From assembly GCA_036785375.1 (NCBI GenBank), contig JAWMAR010000040.1, forward strand, positions 6,448,001 through 6,512,000: a DNA stretch of 64,000 nucleotides. The letters run 5' to 3'. How positions within the stretch are numbered: the stretch's first letter is position 1; the number at the start of each line of letters is the position of its first letter. Below the pieces are notes generated by a model. It did not search any database. It had not been told where the DNA came from and saw only the letters and a program-made list of their open reading frames with translations. The translations under genes were made by a program, and so were the position numbers. Positions 52,005 to 64,000 of the stretch are shown one piece after another. The DNA is from Leucoraja ocellata. Taxonomy: Eukaryota.

Positions 52005-52955
52005 TGGCTGACGACACCACTGTTGTGGGACGTATCACTGATGGGGATGAGTCCGAGTATAGAAGAGAGATTGAGCAACTGTCCATGTGGTGCCAGCACA
52101 ATAACCTGGCCCTCAACACCAGCAAACCCAAGGAACTGATTGTGGACTTTGGAAGGAGTAGGATGGGGACCCAGTCCCGTTTATATCAACGGGTCAATTG
52201 TTGAATGGCTCAAGAGCTTCAAATTCCTGGGCATGCACATCTCTGAAGATCTTAGGTACACAAAAAAGCTGGAGAAACTCAGCGGGTGCAGCAGCATCTA
52301 TGGAGCGAAGGAAATAGGCAAAGTTTCGGGCCGAAACCCTTCTTCAGACTTCTCTGAAGATCTTTCCTGGTCCGAGAACACTGATGCAATTATCAAGAAA
52401 GCACATCGGCGCCTCTACTTCCTGAGAAGATTACGGAGAGTCGATTTGTCAAGGAGGACTCTCTCTAACTTCTACAGGTGCACAGTAGAGAGCATGCTGA
52501 CCGGTTGCATCGTGTCTTGGTTCGGCAACTTGAGCGCCCTGGAGAGGAAGAGAGTACAAAAAGTAGTAAACACTGCCCAGTCCATCATCGGCTCTGAACT
52601 TCCTTCCATCGAGGGGATTTATCGAAGTCGCTGCCTCAAAGGCTGGCAGTATCATCAAAGACCCACACCATCCTGGCCACACACTCATCTCCCTGCTACC
52701 TTCAGGTAGAATGTACAGGAGCCTGAAGACTGCAACGACCAGGTTCAGGAATAGCTACTTCCCCACAGCCATCAGGCTATTAAACCTGGCTCGGCCAAAA
52801 CTCTGAACATTAATAACCCATTATTTGTTGTTTGCACTTTATCAGTTTATTTATTCGTGTGTTTTGTAGTCAATGCCTATTATGTTCTGCGTGCTGAAGC
52901 AGTGCAATAATTTCATTGTCCTATCAGGGACACACGACAATAAACTTGAACTTGT
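52005..52955 (+). mobile_element. Rex/Babar- or L2-like LINE 3' fragment with a nested insertion
   Basis: FKFLGMHISEDL..IIKKAHRRLYFLRRL..FYRCTVESMLTGCIVSWFG; tail gacaataaacttgaacttg. Confidence 0.8.
52254..52350 (-). mobile_element. 97-bp Penelope-derived mini-element with a hammerhead-like core
   Basis: Perfect 14-bp direct repeat TCTCTGAAGATCTT at 52240-52253 and 52351-52364. Minus strand begins AGT-CTGAAGA-AGGG-TTTCGG-CCC-GAAA. Confidence 0.85.
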
Positions 52956-53097
52956 CTTACGAAGTTTGTATGTTCATCCCGTGATTGGGTTTTCTCCGAG
53001 ATTTTTGTTTTCCTCCTACACTCCAAAGACGTACAGGTTTATGTGTTATTGTGCGGGGATTGCTGGTCGGTGTGGACTTGGTAGGCTAAGTAGCCAA

Positions 53098-53480
53098 GAA
53101 GGTTGACAAAATGCTGAAGTAACTCAGCGGGACAATCAACATCTCTGGAGAGAAGGAATGGGTAATGTTTCGAGTTGAGACCCTCTTCAGACTGATGTCA
53201 GGGGAGTGGGTGGGATAGAGATAGAATGTAGTTAGTGACAATAAGACTGGTGCGACAACTGGGAAGGGGGAGGGGATGGAGAGAGAGCGAAAGCAAATGG
53301 TATTTGAAGTTAGAGAAGTCAATGTTCACACCTTTGGGGTGTAAGCTATCCAAGCGAAATATGAGGTGCTGTTCCTCCAATTTGCACTTGGCCTCACTCT
53401 GATAATGGAAGAGGCCCAGGTCCAAAAGGACAGATTGGGAATGGGAGGGGGAATTAGTGCTGAGCAATCAGGGAGGTTGA
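53098..53480 (-). mobile_element. Penelope-like 3' fragment
   Basis: NSPSHS..CKLEEQHLIFRL.SLHPKGVNIDFSNFK, the same endonuclease tail as 22400-22580. Similar remnants near 43120-43230 and 61890-62375. Confidence 0.8.
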
Positions 53481-55049
53481 TCAGAGAAGAGTCATAGACA
53501 TCGCCAATGTGGACCTCCAAACTTTATGGTTCCACATTGTAGGCTGCTCTGGAAGGTTAGGTTCCATGGGATCCAGTGAGCTAGCTAGCTGGATACAGAA
53601 TTTGCTTCATGGTAGGAAGCAAAGGGTGGTGGTGGAAGGTTGTTTTTCCTCATTGGAGGCCTATGGGCATTGATATGTTTGGGATTTGTGCTAAGTCTAT
53701 TGCTGTTTTTCATCAATATCAATGATTTAGATGAAAATGTACAAGGCAAAAATAGTAAGTTCACAGATGACACAAAAATGGGTGGTATAGACATTGAAGG
53801 TTATTATCAAGAATGACAGTGGAGCAAGAAGTCTGAGGAATGGCTAATGGAGGTTATTTGTGTAAGTTGTATTACATTTTGGGAAGTCTCAGTAGGGCAG
53901 AACCTTCACAGTTAAACCATTGGGGCCTGGGTAGTATTGTAGAACAGAGGAATCTAAAATAGTACCTAGTTTCCTGAAAGTGGCGTCACTGGTAGATGGG
54001 ATAGTGAAGAAAGCTTTTGGCATGTTACAGTTGAGGGCTTGAGCTATGGGTTGAGTTTGGGCAGTCTGACTTTATTCCTGACACGGGTGGCTGAAGTGTG
54101 ATATTGTAGAGGTGGCTAAAACCATGAGGTAGGATGAATGTCCCCGTGTCGTCGGCGTGTCCCCCCCCCCCCCCCCCCCGGCAGCAGAATAAAAAATAGA
54201 GAGCCTAGGATTAAGGGGATAGGGAGAAAATATAATTGGAACCTGGTGGGTTTTTTTTTTAAGTGGTGGCTGTATGGAATGAGCTGTCAGAGGAAGTAGC
54301 AGGTACAATTTTTAAAATACATTTAGACGGGCACATGGGTGGTACTGGTTTAGAGGGACATGGGTGAATGTGAACTAACTAACTTTGATGGGGCATCATG
54401 GTCAGCATGAGTAAGTTGGACCAAAAGGGTCTCTATTGGTCATGTTGACCATGTGCCAGATATGGATGCTAAATTAAACTATCCTCTTCAGTCTACGTAT
54501 GAACCATTCTCTGCATATTTGTGTGCCTGTTTAAAAGTCTCAGATGCCACTTTTGCATCTGGTTCCATTGTTCTGCTGTGTGTCTCTTAACAGTACCCTA
54601 TCTATACCCATCATTTTATACACTTTTTTCGGATCCCTTCTATGCCCCACAATGGACCAAGTTTGTCCAATCTCTCTTTATACTAATCCAGACAGCATCC
54701 TGATATCCACTGCATCCTCTCCAAGACTTCTATATCCTATATCTACTTGTAGTCTTGCTGCGTGAAAACAGGCTCTCGTCCAACTTTCCCATACCAACCA
54801 AGATGCTCCATTCAAACTTGTACCATTTGCCTGCAGTTGGCCCATATCCCTTTTTTTGCTATACATTTACATGTCAGTGTCTTTTAAATGTTATACCTGC
54901 CTCATCTACTTACCATGGCAGCTTGTTTCAAATACCCATCCTCTGTGGAAGAAGGTACCTCTCGGATTCCTATTATAGCTTTCCCCTCTCGCCTCTATGC
55001 CTGCTGGGTCTTGATTTCTCTTTAAAATGCATCCTTGGACTGTCAATAA

Positions 55050-55199
<150 letters not shown>

Positions 55200-56119
55200 C
55201 GTTTAACTGTGTAAGAATAAATAAAAAAACTCACTTTTAACTGGTCGCTAATGTTTTCATTTTTTTAAATTGTTATAGATGGTGGAAGAAATTGTTCCTT
55301 CCCTTAGTCACCAAATTTATTTTTCTAAAAAATTTACTTTTTATGTAAGCCAGAGACATTAAATCACTAAAGTGGAACAGAGTTTTTACCTGATGTTGAA
55401 GATTATTACGTTTGCAAATTTAAATGGAGATTAGCAGTCGATTAGTTTGGTCCCTTGATCTCGGCTGACTTCACTTTATTGATTTTGTACATTGCTGTAT
55501 ATTTTAATACATGGGTCAAAGGGAAACTAATTTTAGAAAGGAACAAAAATTATACTTAAGAAAAATTAACTGTCAAGAGCAGGAAGGAAAGTTATATAGC
55601 TGGCAAGTTTTTTTTAATTGGACAAACAGTGAGTCATAGCTCGGATGTCATGAGCCAATGGGCCTGCTCCTGTGCTGCACTATATTCTGACCAATACTTT
55701 GGTGTATGGCTTGCCTCTGGGTTTGATTGTAAATCAGGGAATGATTTGAATGCAGAGATCAATATTGTCCAAGTGAAAATGTATTTTATTTGACTAGAGA
55801 AAATAGAATTTCCCTTCCATCTACCATGCTGACCATCAAACACCCATTTCTGCTCATTTACATAAATTACATTTTATAATTCTACCCACACCATCTCGTC
55901 TCCCAAATTATTTTTCTGGGATTAAGAGATCTTGGGGTCCATAACTCCCCGAAAATAGTAACTCAAGTAGATAATTGTAAATTAGCCTCTTTATTGGCTA
56001 GGGCAATGAGTACACGTCGGGAAGTTACTGAAGAAGGGTCTTGACCCAAAACGTCACCCATTCCTTCTCTCCAGAGATGTTGCTGTCCCGCTGAGTTACT
56101 GCAACATTTTGTGTCTACC

Positions 56120-59100
56120 TTCGGGAAGTTATGATGCAGCCTCATAAGACTTTGGAGCACTGCATGCCGTTCTGATTGTCCCAATTTAGAGAGGATGTTG
56201 AGGCTTTGGAAAGGCATTCAGGAAGATACCACAATGATGCTTTGGCTAGAGGGTATTGGTTACATGGAGAAATTGGACAGACTTTCATTGGTTTCTCTGG
56301 AATGCCAGAAGCTACATAAGAGACCTGATAGAAGTATATTAAATTGAGAGGCAGAGGTAGGGTGGACTGTCAGAACCATTTCCCAGAATGGAAATATCAA
56401 ATACTACAGGATTCGAGGTGAGAGGGGCAAAGTACAAAGATATATAGCGCAAGCTTTTTACATAGTGGTGAATGCCTGGATTGCCCTGCTGGGATGGTAG
56501 TATGATGGCATTCAAGAGACTTGGTTAGGCATATTACAGCAGGATCTTGATCAAGTGGGCTGAGGAACAGCAAGTGGAGTTCAATGCAGATAAGTGTGAG
56601 GTGTTGCATTTGGGGAAGTCAAACCAGAGCATAACCTTTGCAGTGAATGGCAGGATTCTGAGGAGTGGTAGAGCAGAGGGATCTCAGAGTACAGGTCACA
56701 TGAATCCTTGAAAGTGGTATTGCAGGTAGATAGGGTGGTCAATAAGGTTTTTCAGTACATTGGACTTCATCAGTCAGGGTATTGAATGTAGAAGTTGTGA
56801 TGTTATGTTACAGTTGTACAAGATGTTAGTGTGGTCTGCATTGGCTGTATTGTGTTCAGGTTCGGTCACCATGCCAAAGGAAAGATGTTAAGCTGGAAAG
56901 AGTGCAGAGAAGATTTAGGAGCACGTTGCCAGAACTTGATGGTCCAAATTGTAGTGAGGTAGAGCAGGCTAGGACTTTATTCCTTGGAGCATGAGCAGTG
57001 GGTGATCTTATAAAAGTGTGTGTGTGTGTATATAGCGGGCCAGGATACGCCTGGCAACCAGGCCCGACTCGCCTGCCGCAGACTGACCTTGGAGGACTTG
57101 CCCGGTAGCCCTGGCTCGCCTGCCATGATCTCTTAAGCGGGACCAGAAACCTACCCGAAGGTTTGCGATAGACGGGTCCTTGTCTGAAGGCGTGTGGTCA
57201 GCAGCATTGGGAACCTTTCTTAGAGCTGCCAAGTTTTCTGAGAGCATTTCAGTATTCTAGTACAGGTACCTGAAAATCAGTATTATGCTGAGGAAATCAG
57301 TATTTTTACGCAGTGCCATTTTGCTCTCCCTCCTTCCTCTTTCCCTCCCTCCCTCTCCTTTCACTCCCTCCCTCTCTTATTCACTCCCTCTCTTTCTCCC
57401 TCCCCAAACAGTCTGTGGCCATAGCGCTATGTGTAAAGGCAATAGCGCTCCAGCTGGTAGCACTATAATTAGAACCCATAGTGCTGTTCGTTTAAATTCC
57501 CACGCGCTAAACTGACAGCGCTATTTAAACCTGGAGCAGGACAGGCAGATCAAATTTACAAAAATAATCATCCAGATCTTGAAATTAAAAATACTAATAG
57601 GTTTAATCTGCTATAATTTGTAGAGTTACAGTATGTTTTTATTCGTGTTTCTCAGTCTCGTAATGGCTTCTTTGGCACAACTTTGGTCCTCATGTTGATA
57701 AACGGCAATAAAAGAGTAGGTGGCAGAGGGGGGGGGGAGATGTAATTTCTACATATTGAAACCAAATGTATAACATTGGCCTTTAATAAATCTGATAATG
57801 TGCACTTTAGCCACATGTGATTTTTTTTTCTCTATTATAAATCGCAAATTGTGGAGTGCAGAGGCAAATAAATAAATTATGGCTCTTTGTCCCAAACATG
57901 CAGGGCACTGTGTTAGGCTCATTTTTGTCATTTGCTAACATAGATTACAAAGAACAGGTCTCCCGGCAATATTCATTGGCAGAACACAACTTATCACAAA
58001 CCTTGAATCACTACCTTCCATCTTCGGAGGCTCGGCCGTGGGCCCAGTGGACGACAACGTCGGGAGCTCGCAGGTCACAATTTGGTGACCTGTTCTCCGG
58101 AGCTCCCGCAACAGTTTTGTCCGCTGGACTGGAGGGTGGCAGCTTCCACCGCCCTGTTCGCAGAGCTCGGATTCAGTCGTTGGATTTACTTACCATCACC
58201 TGGCGGGGTCACAACATCGGAAGCCTGGATCGACTCAACGAAGAGGGAGAACAAGGAGGGAAGAGACAAGGACTTTAAGACTTTTGCCTTCCATCACAGT
58301 GAGGAGGGCCTGGTAGGCTCACTGTGGTGGATGTTAAATCTGTGTTTATTGTGTGTTGTTATTTTATTCTATGTTATGACTGCAAGGCACAAAATTTCAT
58401 TCGGACTGAAAAGTCTGAATGACAATAAAGGATACTTGATACTTCTATGACTTTTGAATTCAACTTAACAGCTTACTGTGGATCCTGTGTGACTTAATCT
58501 TATTGACCAGTCTACCAAAGGAGGGGCTTTCTCAAATTCCTAACTAAAGTTCATGTAGATAACATTCACAGCCCCATCCTCACCATCTCAAAAAATAAAA
58601 TTAATCAAATGTGTGAGGCAGGACATCCACAGCACAAAGCTGTGCTTACTATCTAATATCCCAAGAATCTTCTCCAATAATTCCCCCATCACTCAAATGA
58701 GGCTTACTGCCCTATAATTTACTGGATTATCCCTGTTGCCCTTTTTAAACAAACGACCAACACTGTCTATTCTGCAGTCTTCTTGGACCTAACTTTTTGA
58801 TAAATAGAATACAAAGATCTCTGTTGTGGTCCTCACAATCTCCTCCATTGCCTCCCACAATATTCTACAATAGATTCCATTAGGCCTGGGGACTTAATCC
58901 TACTTAATTTTTTACCCAACACCACCCCCATAATATTTACATGCCCTAGAAAACAACTATAATGCCAAGGCCTTAGATGGGGTGGAATTTTGCAAGTAGG
59001 TTCAGAGAGTTCTTTCGGGTAATATACAGAGGATTCAACAAGGGAGAGGGCAAAGCTTGACCTACTATTAGGGTATTGGACAGGGCAAGTGACTTAAGTG

Positions 59101-62100
59101 TCAATGTGCAAGCACTTTGGGACCAGCAATGACAGTTTTATTAGCTTTAAGATAGTTATGGATCAGGATCTAAGTTCTAAATTGAGACAAGGTCAACTTT
59201 GATGGTATTGGACAGGAACTTACAAAAGTTTATTAGAGTAGGTTGTGGGCAAAGGGACATTTAGAAAAGGATGCGTGGGTAGAGTGAATGGCAAGGCAGG
59301 TAGGAGTAAGGAACACTGGACAACAGGAGAAACCGAGGCTCTTGGGAAGAAGGAGGTATGGGTCGGGTATAAGCAGATGGGATCAAAATTATCCTTGGAG
59401 GAGTCAGTGGTTTGAAGAGTTTAGTTTATTATCACATGTACTGAGGTACAGCGAAAAGCTTTCGTTTGTGTGCTATCAGTCAAAGAAAAGACTATACATG
59501 AATACATGGGAGTTTAAGGTAAAGGAACGCTTAGGAGGTAGTGACCATAATATATAAAATAGCGGAGAAGATGAAATCAGATGTGTTGGTATTACTGTAG
59601 AGTAAAGGTGACTGTAGAGTAAATGGCTCTGTAGAGGCATGAGGAAGGAGTTGGCTAAAGTTGATTGGAAAGGGACCCTAGCACGAATGATGGTGGAGCA
59701 GCAATGGCTGACAAGGAAAGTCAAACACAGCATAAAACTAAGAGGGAAGGGATATAATACTGCAAAGATTAATGGGAAGCTGGAGCCTTGGGGATTGGTG
59801 CTGGACTCTGCTGTTTGTGGTTTAGATTAACGATTTGGATGAGAATGGACAAAGCATAATTAGTAAACTTGCAGATGACACTAAAGTTGGTGGTATTGTA
59901 GATAGTGAAGATGGTTATCAAAAATTCTGTCAGTTGGGCAAGTGTGCTGAGAATGGTTAATGAAGTTTAATGCAGATAAGTGCGATATGTTGTATTTTGG
60001 GATGTCAAGCCAGTGCAGGACCTTCTCAGTGAATGTCAGGGCCCTAGAGAGTGTTGTAGAGCAGAGGGATCTAGGAGTGCAGGTACACGATTCCCTGAAA
60101 GTGGTGTCACAGGTAGATAGGATAGTTGCAGCAAAGGGTCTATTTTGGTCATGAAGGACTGCCAAATATGGATGCCAAATTAAACTAATCTGCTAGAGGA
60201 GGTCACTGGCAGGTACAATAACAACATTTACAATACATTTGGACAAGTACATGGATGGAAAAAGTTTAGAGGGATATGGGTCAAACACAAGCAGGTGGAC
60301 TGGCCTAGATGGGGCATCTTGGTCGACAAGTTGATCTAAAGGGCGTGTTCCATGCTGTGATACTCTATGACTTCCAGTCTCTCTTCATTATGCATTCGAC
60401 CTTTGATTACTGGCATGCATGATGTAATACTCCCCAACATTATATGCCATTTGCCTGTGTTTTTGCATTCACTCAATCAATCTATATCCTATTGCAGAAT
60501 CACAGGATACTTTTCACATCATTGGCAAATGTGGAAACCTTTGTTAGTGTTACTTCCTCTAGGGCATTAAATAGTGGTCAATAATTATTCCTGTGGTATT
60601 CCACCAATTAAGTCCTTCCTTCCATTATGAAAATGATCCACTTATTCAAACTCTGTTTTCTACGAGTCAGGCAGTATCAATCCAGTCTAATACTCTTCCA
60701 TCAATGCCATGGGCTTCTAATTTACCTTTCAGACCCATGTCACATGCCCTTTGGAAATATAAATGCATGACATCTCTGCTTCCTTTATCAATTCTCACAT
60801 TTATATCTTCAAAAAATTGAAGTAAATTCATCAAACATGATTTGCCTTTTAAAAAATAATGTCAATTACGTTTAATTATGATTAGCTTTCCTAAATGATT
60901 AAGTTTTTCCTCTTTGATTACTGACTCTTACATCTCAGTAATACAGGTCCACCACCGATTTTGCAGCAACTGGAGGTCCGGCACCTTTTCAAAGGAACAA
61001 AATGACAAGAGTACGCTTGAAATATCCCCCTGAAGTCCCCCCCAAAATATGGCGTCTAGGTCAGGTGATGCTGCCGGTCTTGATCTCATCGGGACTACCG
61101 CGGAGATCGTTGGGTCGAATTTACCCCCTGTGACTGTGTTCTGGAACTCCAGACCGGCCAGAGTTGGCAGATCTGTTCCCATTTCCGACTTCAATGACTG
61201 AATTTGTATTCCGGGCCCCCGAGGCTGTGACCTCTGTTGGTCTGGCAAAGTGGATAATCCAGCAAGGCTCTGGAACCAAGTGTGCCGGAATATTGATGGT
61301 GGACCTGCAATAACTGCTAAGTTATTTGACCTGTGAAATTCCCTGACTTCTGCCTTTCTCCTGTTTTGAACAAACATCTATTTAATGGAAAACACAAAAA
61401 CTAAAATGAAACAAGGAAGAGAAAATTGTATAAAAGTTTATAAAGGAAGCACTTACATTTTATATATGACCTTTACAGACTTGGTTAGTTCATTTCAACT
61501 AATAAAGTACTTCTGAAGTGCAATCATTATTGTAGGCTGGCAGATGATGTTCTCCTGGCAATGTGGCATGACCTTGTATCCTATATTGTTGGTCTGAATG
61601 AGTATTTGTCAGAACATTGGAGCTAATGCCCATCCTCGTGGAGATTGTATTATGGGAACTTGAGGTTCTTCCTTAGAGAGAAAATAATGGCCTAAGTTTA
61701 TTGTGTCATCTCAAAGAGACTCTCAATAGTGCATTAAACAAGGGCTTAGATTTTTCTGCTTCAGTTTCTCGAGTGCGAATACAAACTACAACATTCTGAC
61801 TGAAGTTGTAGAGCTATCAATACATTGGGCTCACAAGAGAGTGCACATACTGGCATCTTTCGTAATAAATGTTAGAGATAGGATACAAACTGGAACAGCA
61901 CCTCATATTCTGCTTGGGTAAGCTATAAACCAGTGGGGCTGAACATCGAATTCTCCAATTTCACATAACCCACCCCCTTCTCATCTATCCAGTCCCAACA
62001 CCCACTTTCCTTTCATGCTCCCTGCCCCTGTTAACCAGTTATCTGCACCTCTTCCACCACTCATCTCTCACTCCACTCTACTGCGAGTCTCCCATTTTAC

Positions 62101-64000
62101 TTAACCCTCATCATTCCTTACAACCCATTATTCCTTCAACTGGTTCTATAGTTAATTCTCCATATTCTTTCCTCACATTCTGCACCATTTAGGCGTCTCC
62201 ATTTATCATCTCCAATCTTGGCTTCAATTCTCTCCCCGACCTGACATCTGCCAATCAACCCCTCACCTGTATCTCTCCAATAAACATGCTCTGCCTTGCT
62301 CCCCACCCCTTTCTCCAAAACATCGTCAGTCCATTTCCCATCACAGATGCTGCCTGACCACTGAGTTTCTCCAGCTATCAATACATTTATTTTATAGGAT
62401 GTAGACATCATTGGCCAGACCAACATTTATGTCAATCCCTAAATTCTTTTGATAAGTTTTGGGTGAGCTACATTCCTGAACCTTTGAGGCCTGTTGTGGT
62501 GAAGTTAATTCCATAATGTTATTGGGATAGTGGGTTCCAGAGTTTAGAACCAGTGAAATTGAGGAACTGTGAAATATTTCCAAGTCAGGATTGTGTGCAA
62601 GTTGAGATGGTTTCTCCTTGTACTCTTTCCCTTTGTCCTGCTAAATGGTAGTGCCTACATGCTTGAGATAAGAATTCAAGTCGCTGCAGTGCATCTTAGA
62701 GAGGTGTATAAAATCATGAGAGGATATTGGGTAGAGTGACTTGCCCAGAGTAGGGGAATCGACAACCATAGGACATAGGTTTAAGGTGAAGGGGGAAAGA
62801 TTTTAATACGAATTTGAGGGGTAACCTTTTCACACAAAGAGTGGTGGGAGTATGGAACGAACTGCCAGAGGTGGTAGTTGAGGCAGGGACTGTTGCAACA
62901 TTTAAGAAGCAATTAGATAGGACAGGTTTAGAAGGATATTGGCCAAACGCAGGCAGGTGGGACTAATGTCGATGGGACGTTGATCTGTATGGGCTAGTTG
63001 GAACAAAAGGCCTGTTTCCATGCTGTATGACTGACTATTTTGTAGATGGTACCTATGGCACGCATAATGAGCCAATGATGGAGAGAAATGAGTATTTATC
63101 ACGGTGCCAATCCAATGAGTTTCTTTAACCTGCAAGGTGTCACATCTCTTGTAGATGAAATTTGCTTCATGGGTTTAGTGGATAGTATTTCATAGCCTTG
63201 CATACATTGGGAGGTATTGAGCTAGGAAATGACTAGCAAGAAGAGGTTCAGTGGGATAACTGCGAACTAAGATGGTCACAGTGACACAGTTGGTAGAGCT
63301 GCTGCCTTACAGTGCCAGAGACCCGAGTCCGATTCTGATCTTGAGTGCTGTGTGTGTGGAGTTTGCACTTTCTCCTTGTGATCGTGTGGGTTTCCTCCAA
63401 CATTCCAAATAGATGTAGATTTGTATGTTATTTGGCCTCTGTAAAATTGCTCCTAATAAATAAGGAGTGGCTGTGAATAGGGGATAGCATATAACTAGTG
63501 TGAATAGGTGTGCGATGGTCAGCGTGGGCTGAAGGGCCTACTTCCATGCTGCATCTCTAAGCTCTGAACTAAAACTGAACTGTTCCCATGCTGTACGACT
63601 CTTTGACTCTGTATTTCACAAGTACATTATGGGATAAAGAGTAATTAGAGAGAGAATAAAGCCCCTCAGAAACTAATGCGGTCATCTATGTAAGGTACTA
63701 CACGAGATGAGTATTTCTCCTTTGTGTTTACTGTGAAGAAAGCATAAAATGTGGGGATAGTTAATGAAGATGTCTTGAGGAGAGTCCATATTATTGTCGA
63801 AGAGCTGCATCCTAAGGCGTTTGACAGCTTGCATCCAAATGATATTGCCAGGACTTGAGGGCTAGTGCTGTAAGGAGAGATTGGGCAAGCTAAGACTTTA
63901 TTCCTTCGAGTGTATGCGACAAAGGGGTGATCTTATAGAGGTGCATCAGGGGAATTGATACGGTGAATGCACAGAGTTTTTGTACCCAAGGTCGTGGAAT
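56120..64000. repeat. Mosaic of decayed CR1/LINE, SINE and DNA-transposon fragments; no host gene recognised
   Basis: For example FNADKCDMLYFG..QRDLGVQVHDSLKV (59960-60154), plus repeated CR1 3' ends. Confidence 0.7.
60944..61307. mobile_element. Tc1/mariner (Tigger-like) MITE; ends approximate
   Basis: TA-CAGGTCC...ACCACCGATT on the left and AATATTGATGGTGGACCTG on the right form imperfect TIRs. Confidence 0.55.

Noticed and set aside
57856-58450. 140-aa and 122-aa ORFs, and the 149-aa ORF at 60928-61377
   Set aside because: No recognisable domain; they overlap LINE-tail-like or MITE sequence.

Overview
Eukaryotic, intron-rich vertebrate DNA. The HE1/V-SINE-like, CR1 and Penelope repeats suggest a cartilaginous fish, probably a skate or ray (inference). 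Left to right: (1) the 3' end of the sulfonylurea receptor gene ABCC8/SUR1 (+); (2) the intronless, very GC-rich KATP pore gene KCNJ11/Kir6.2 (+); (3) a repeat-rich gap with a decayed Penelope-like retroelement; (4) a 10-exon NCR3LG1/B7-H6-like gene (-); (5) RPL27A (+, 5 exons, 148 aa) hosting an H/ACA snoRNA of the SNORA3 family; (6) a repeat-only tail. Two observations stand out. First, the B7-H6-like gene reads leader-IgV-IgC1-TM and then continues through six more in-frame phase-1 IgC1 exons to the stop (964 aa), predicting a six-Ig cytoplasmic tail, or a secreted V-(C1)7 protein if the symmetric TM exon is skipped. Second, ABCC8 has two tandem alternative last coding exons, one SUR2A-like and one SUR1/SUR2B-like, an arrangement I know only from mammalian ABCC9. 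Also notable are many Penelope-derived mini-elements with a minimal hammerhead-ribozyme-like core and a ~680-bp foldback element. All homology calls are from recalled sequences and manual reading; no searches were run.
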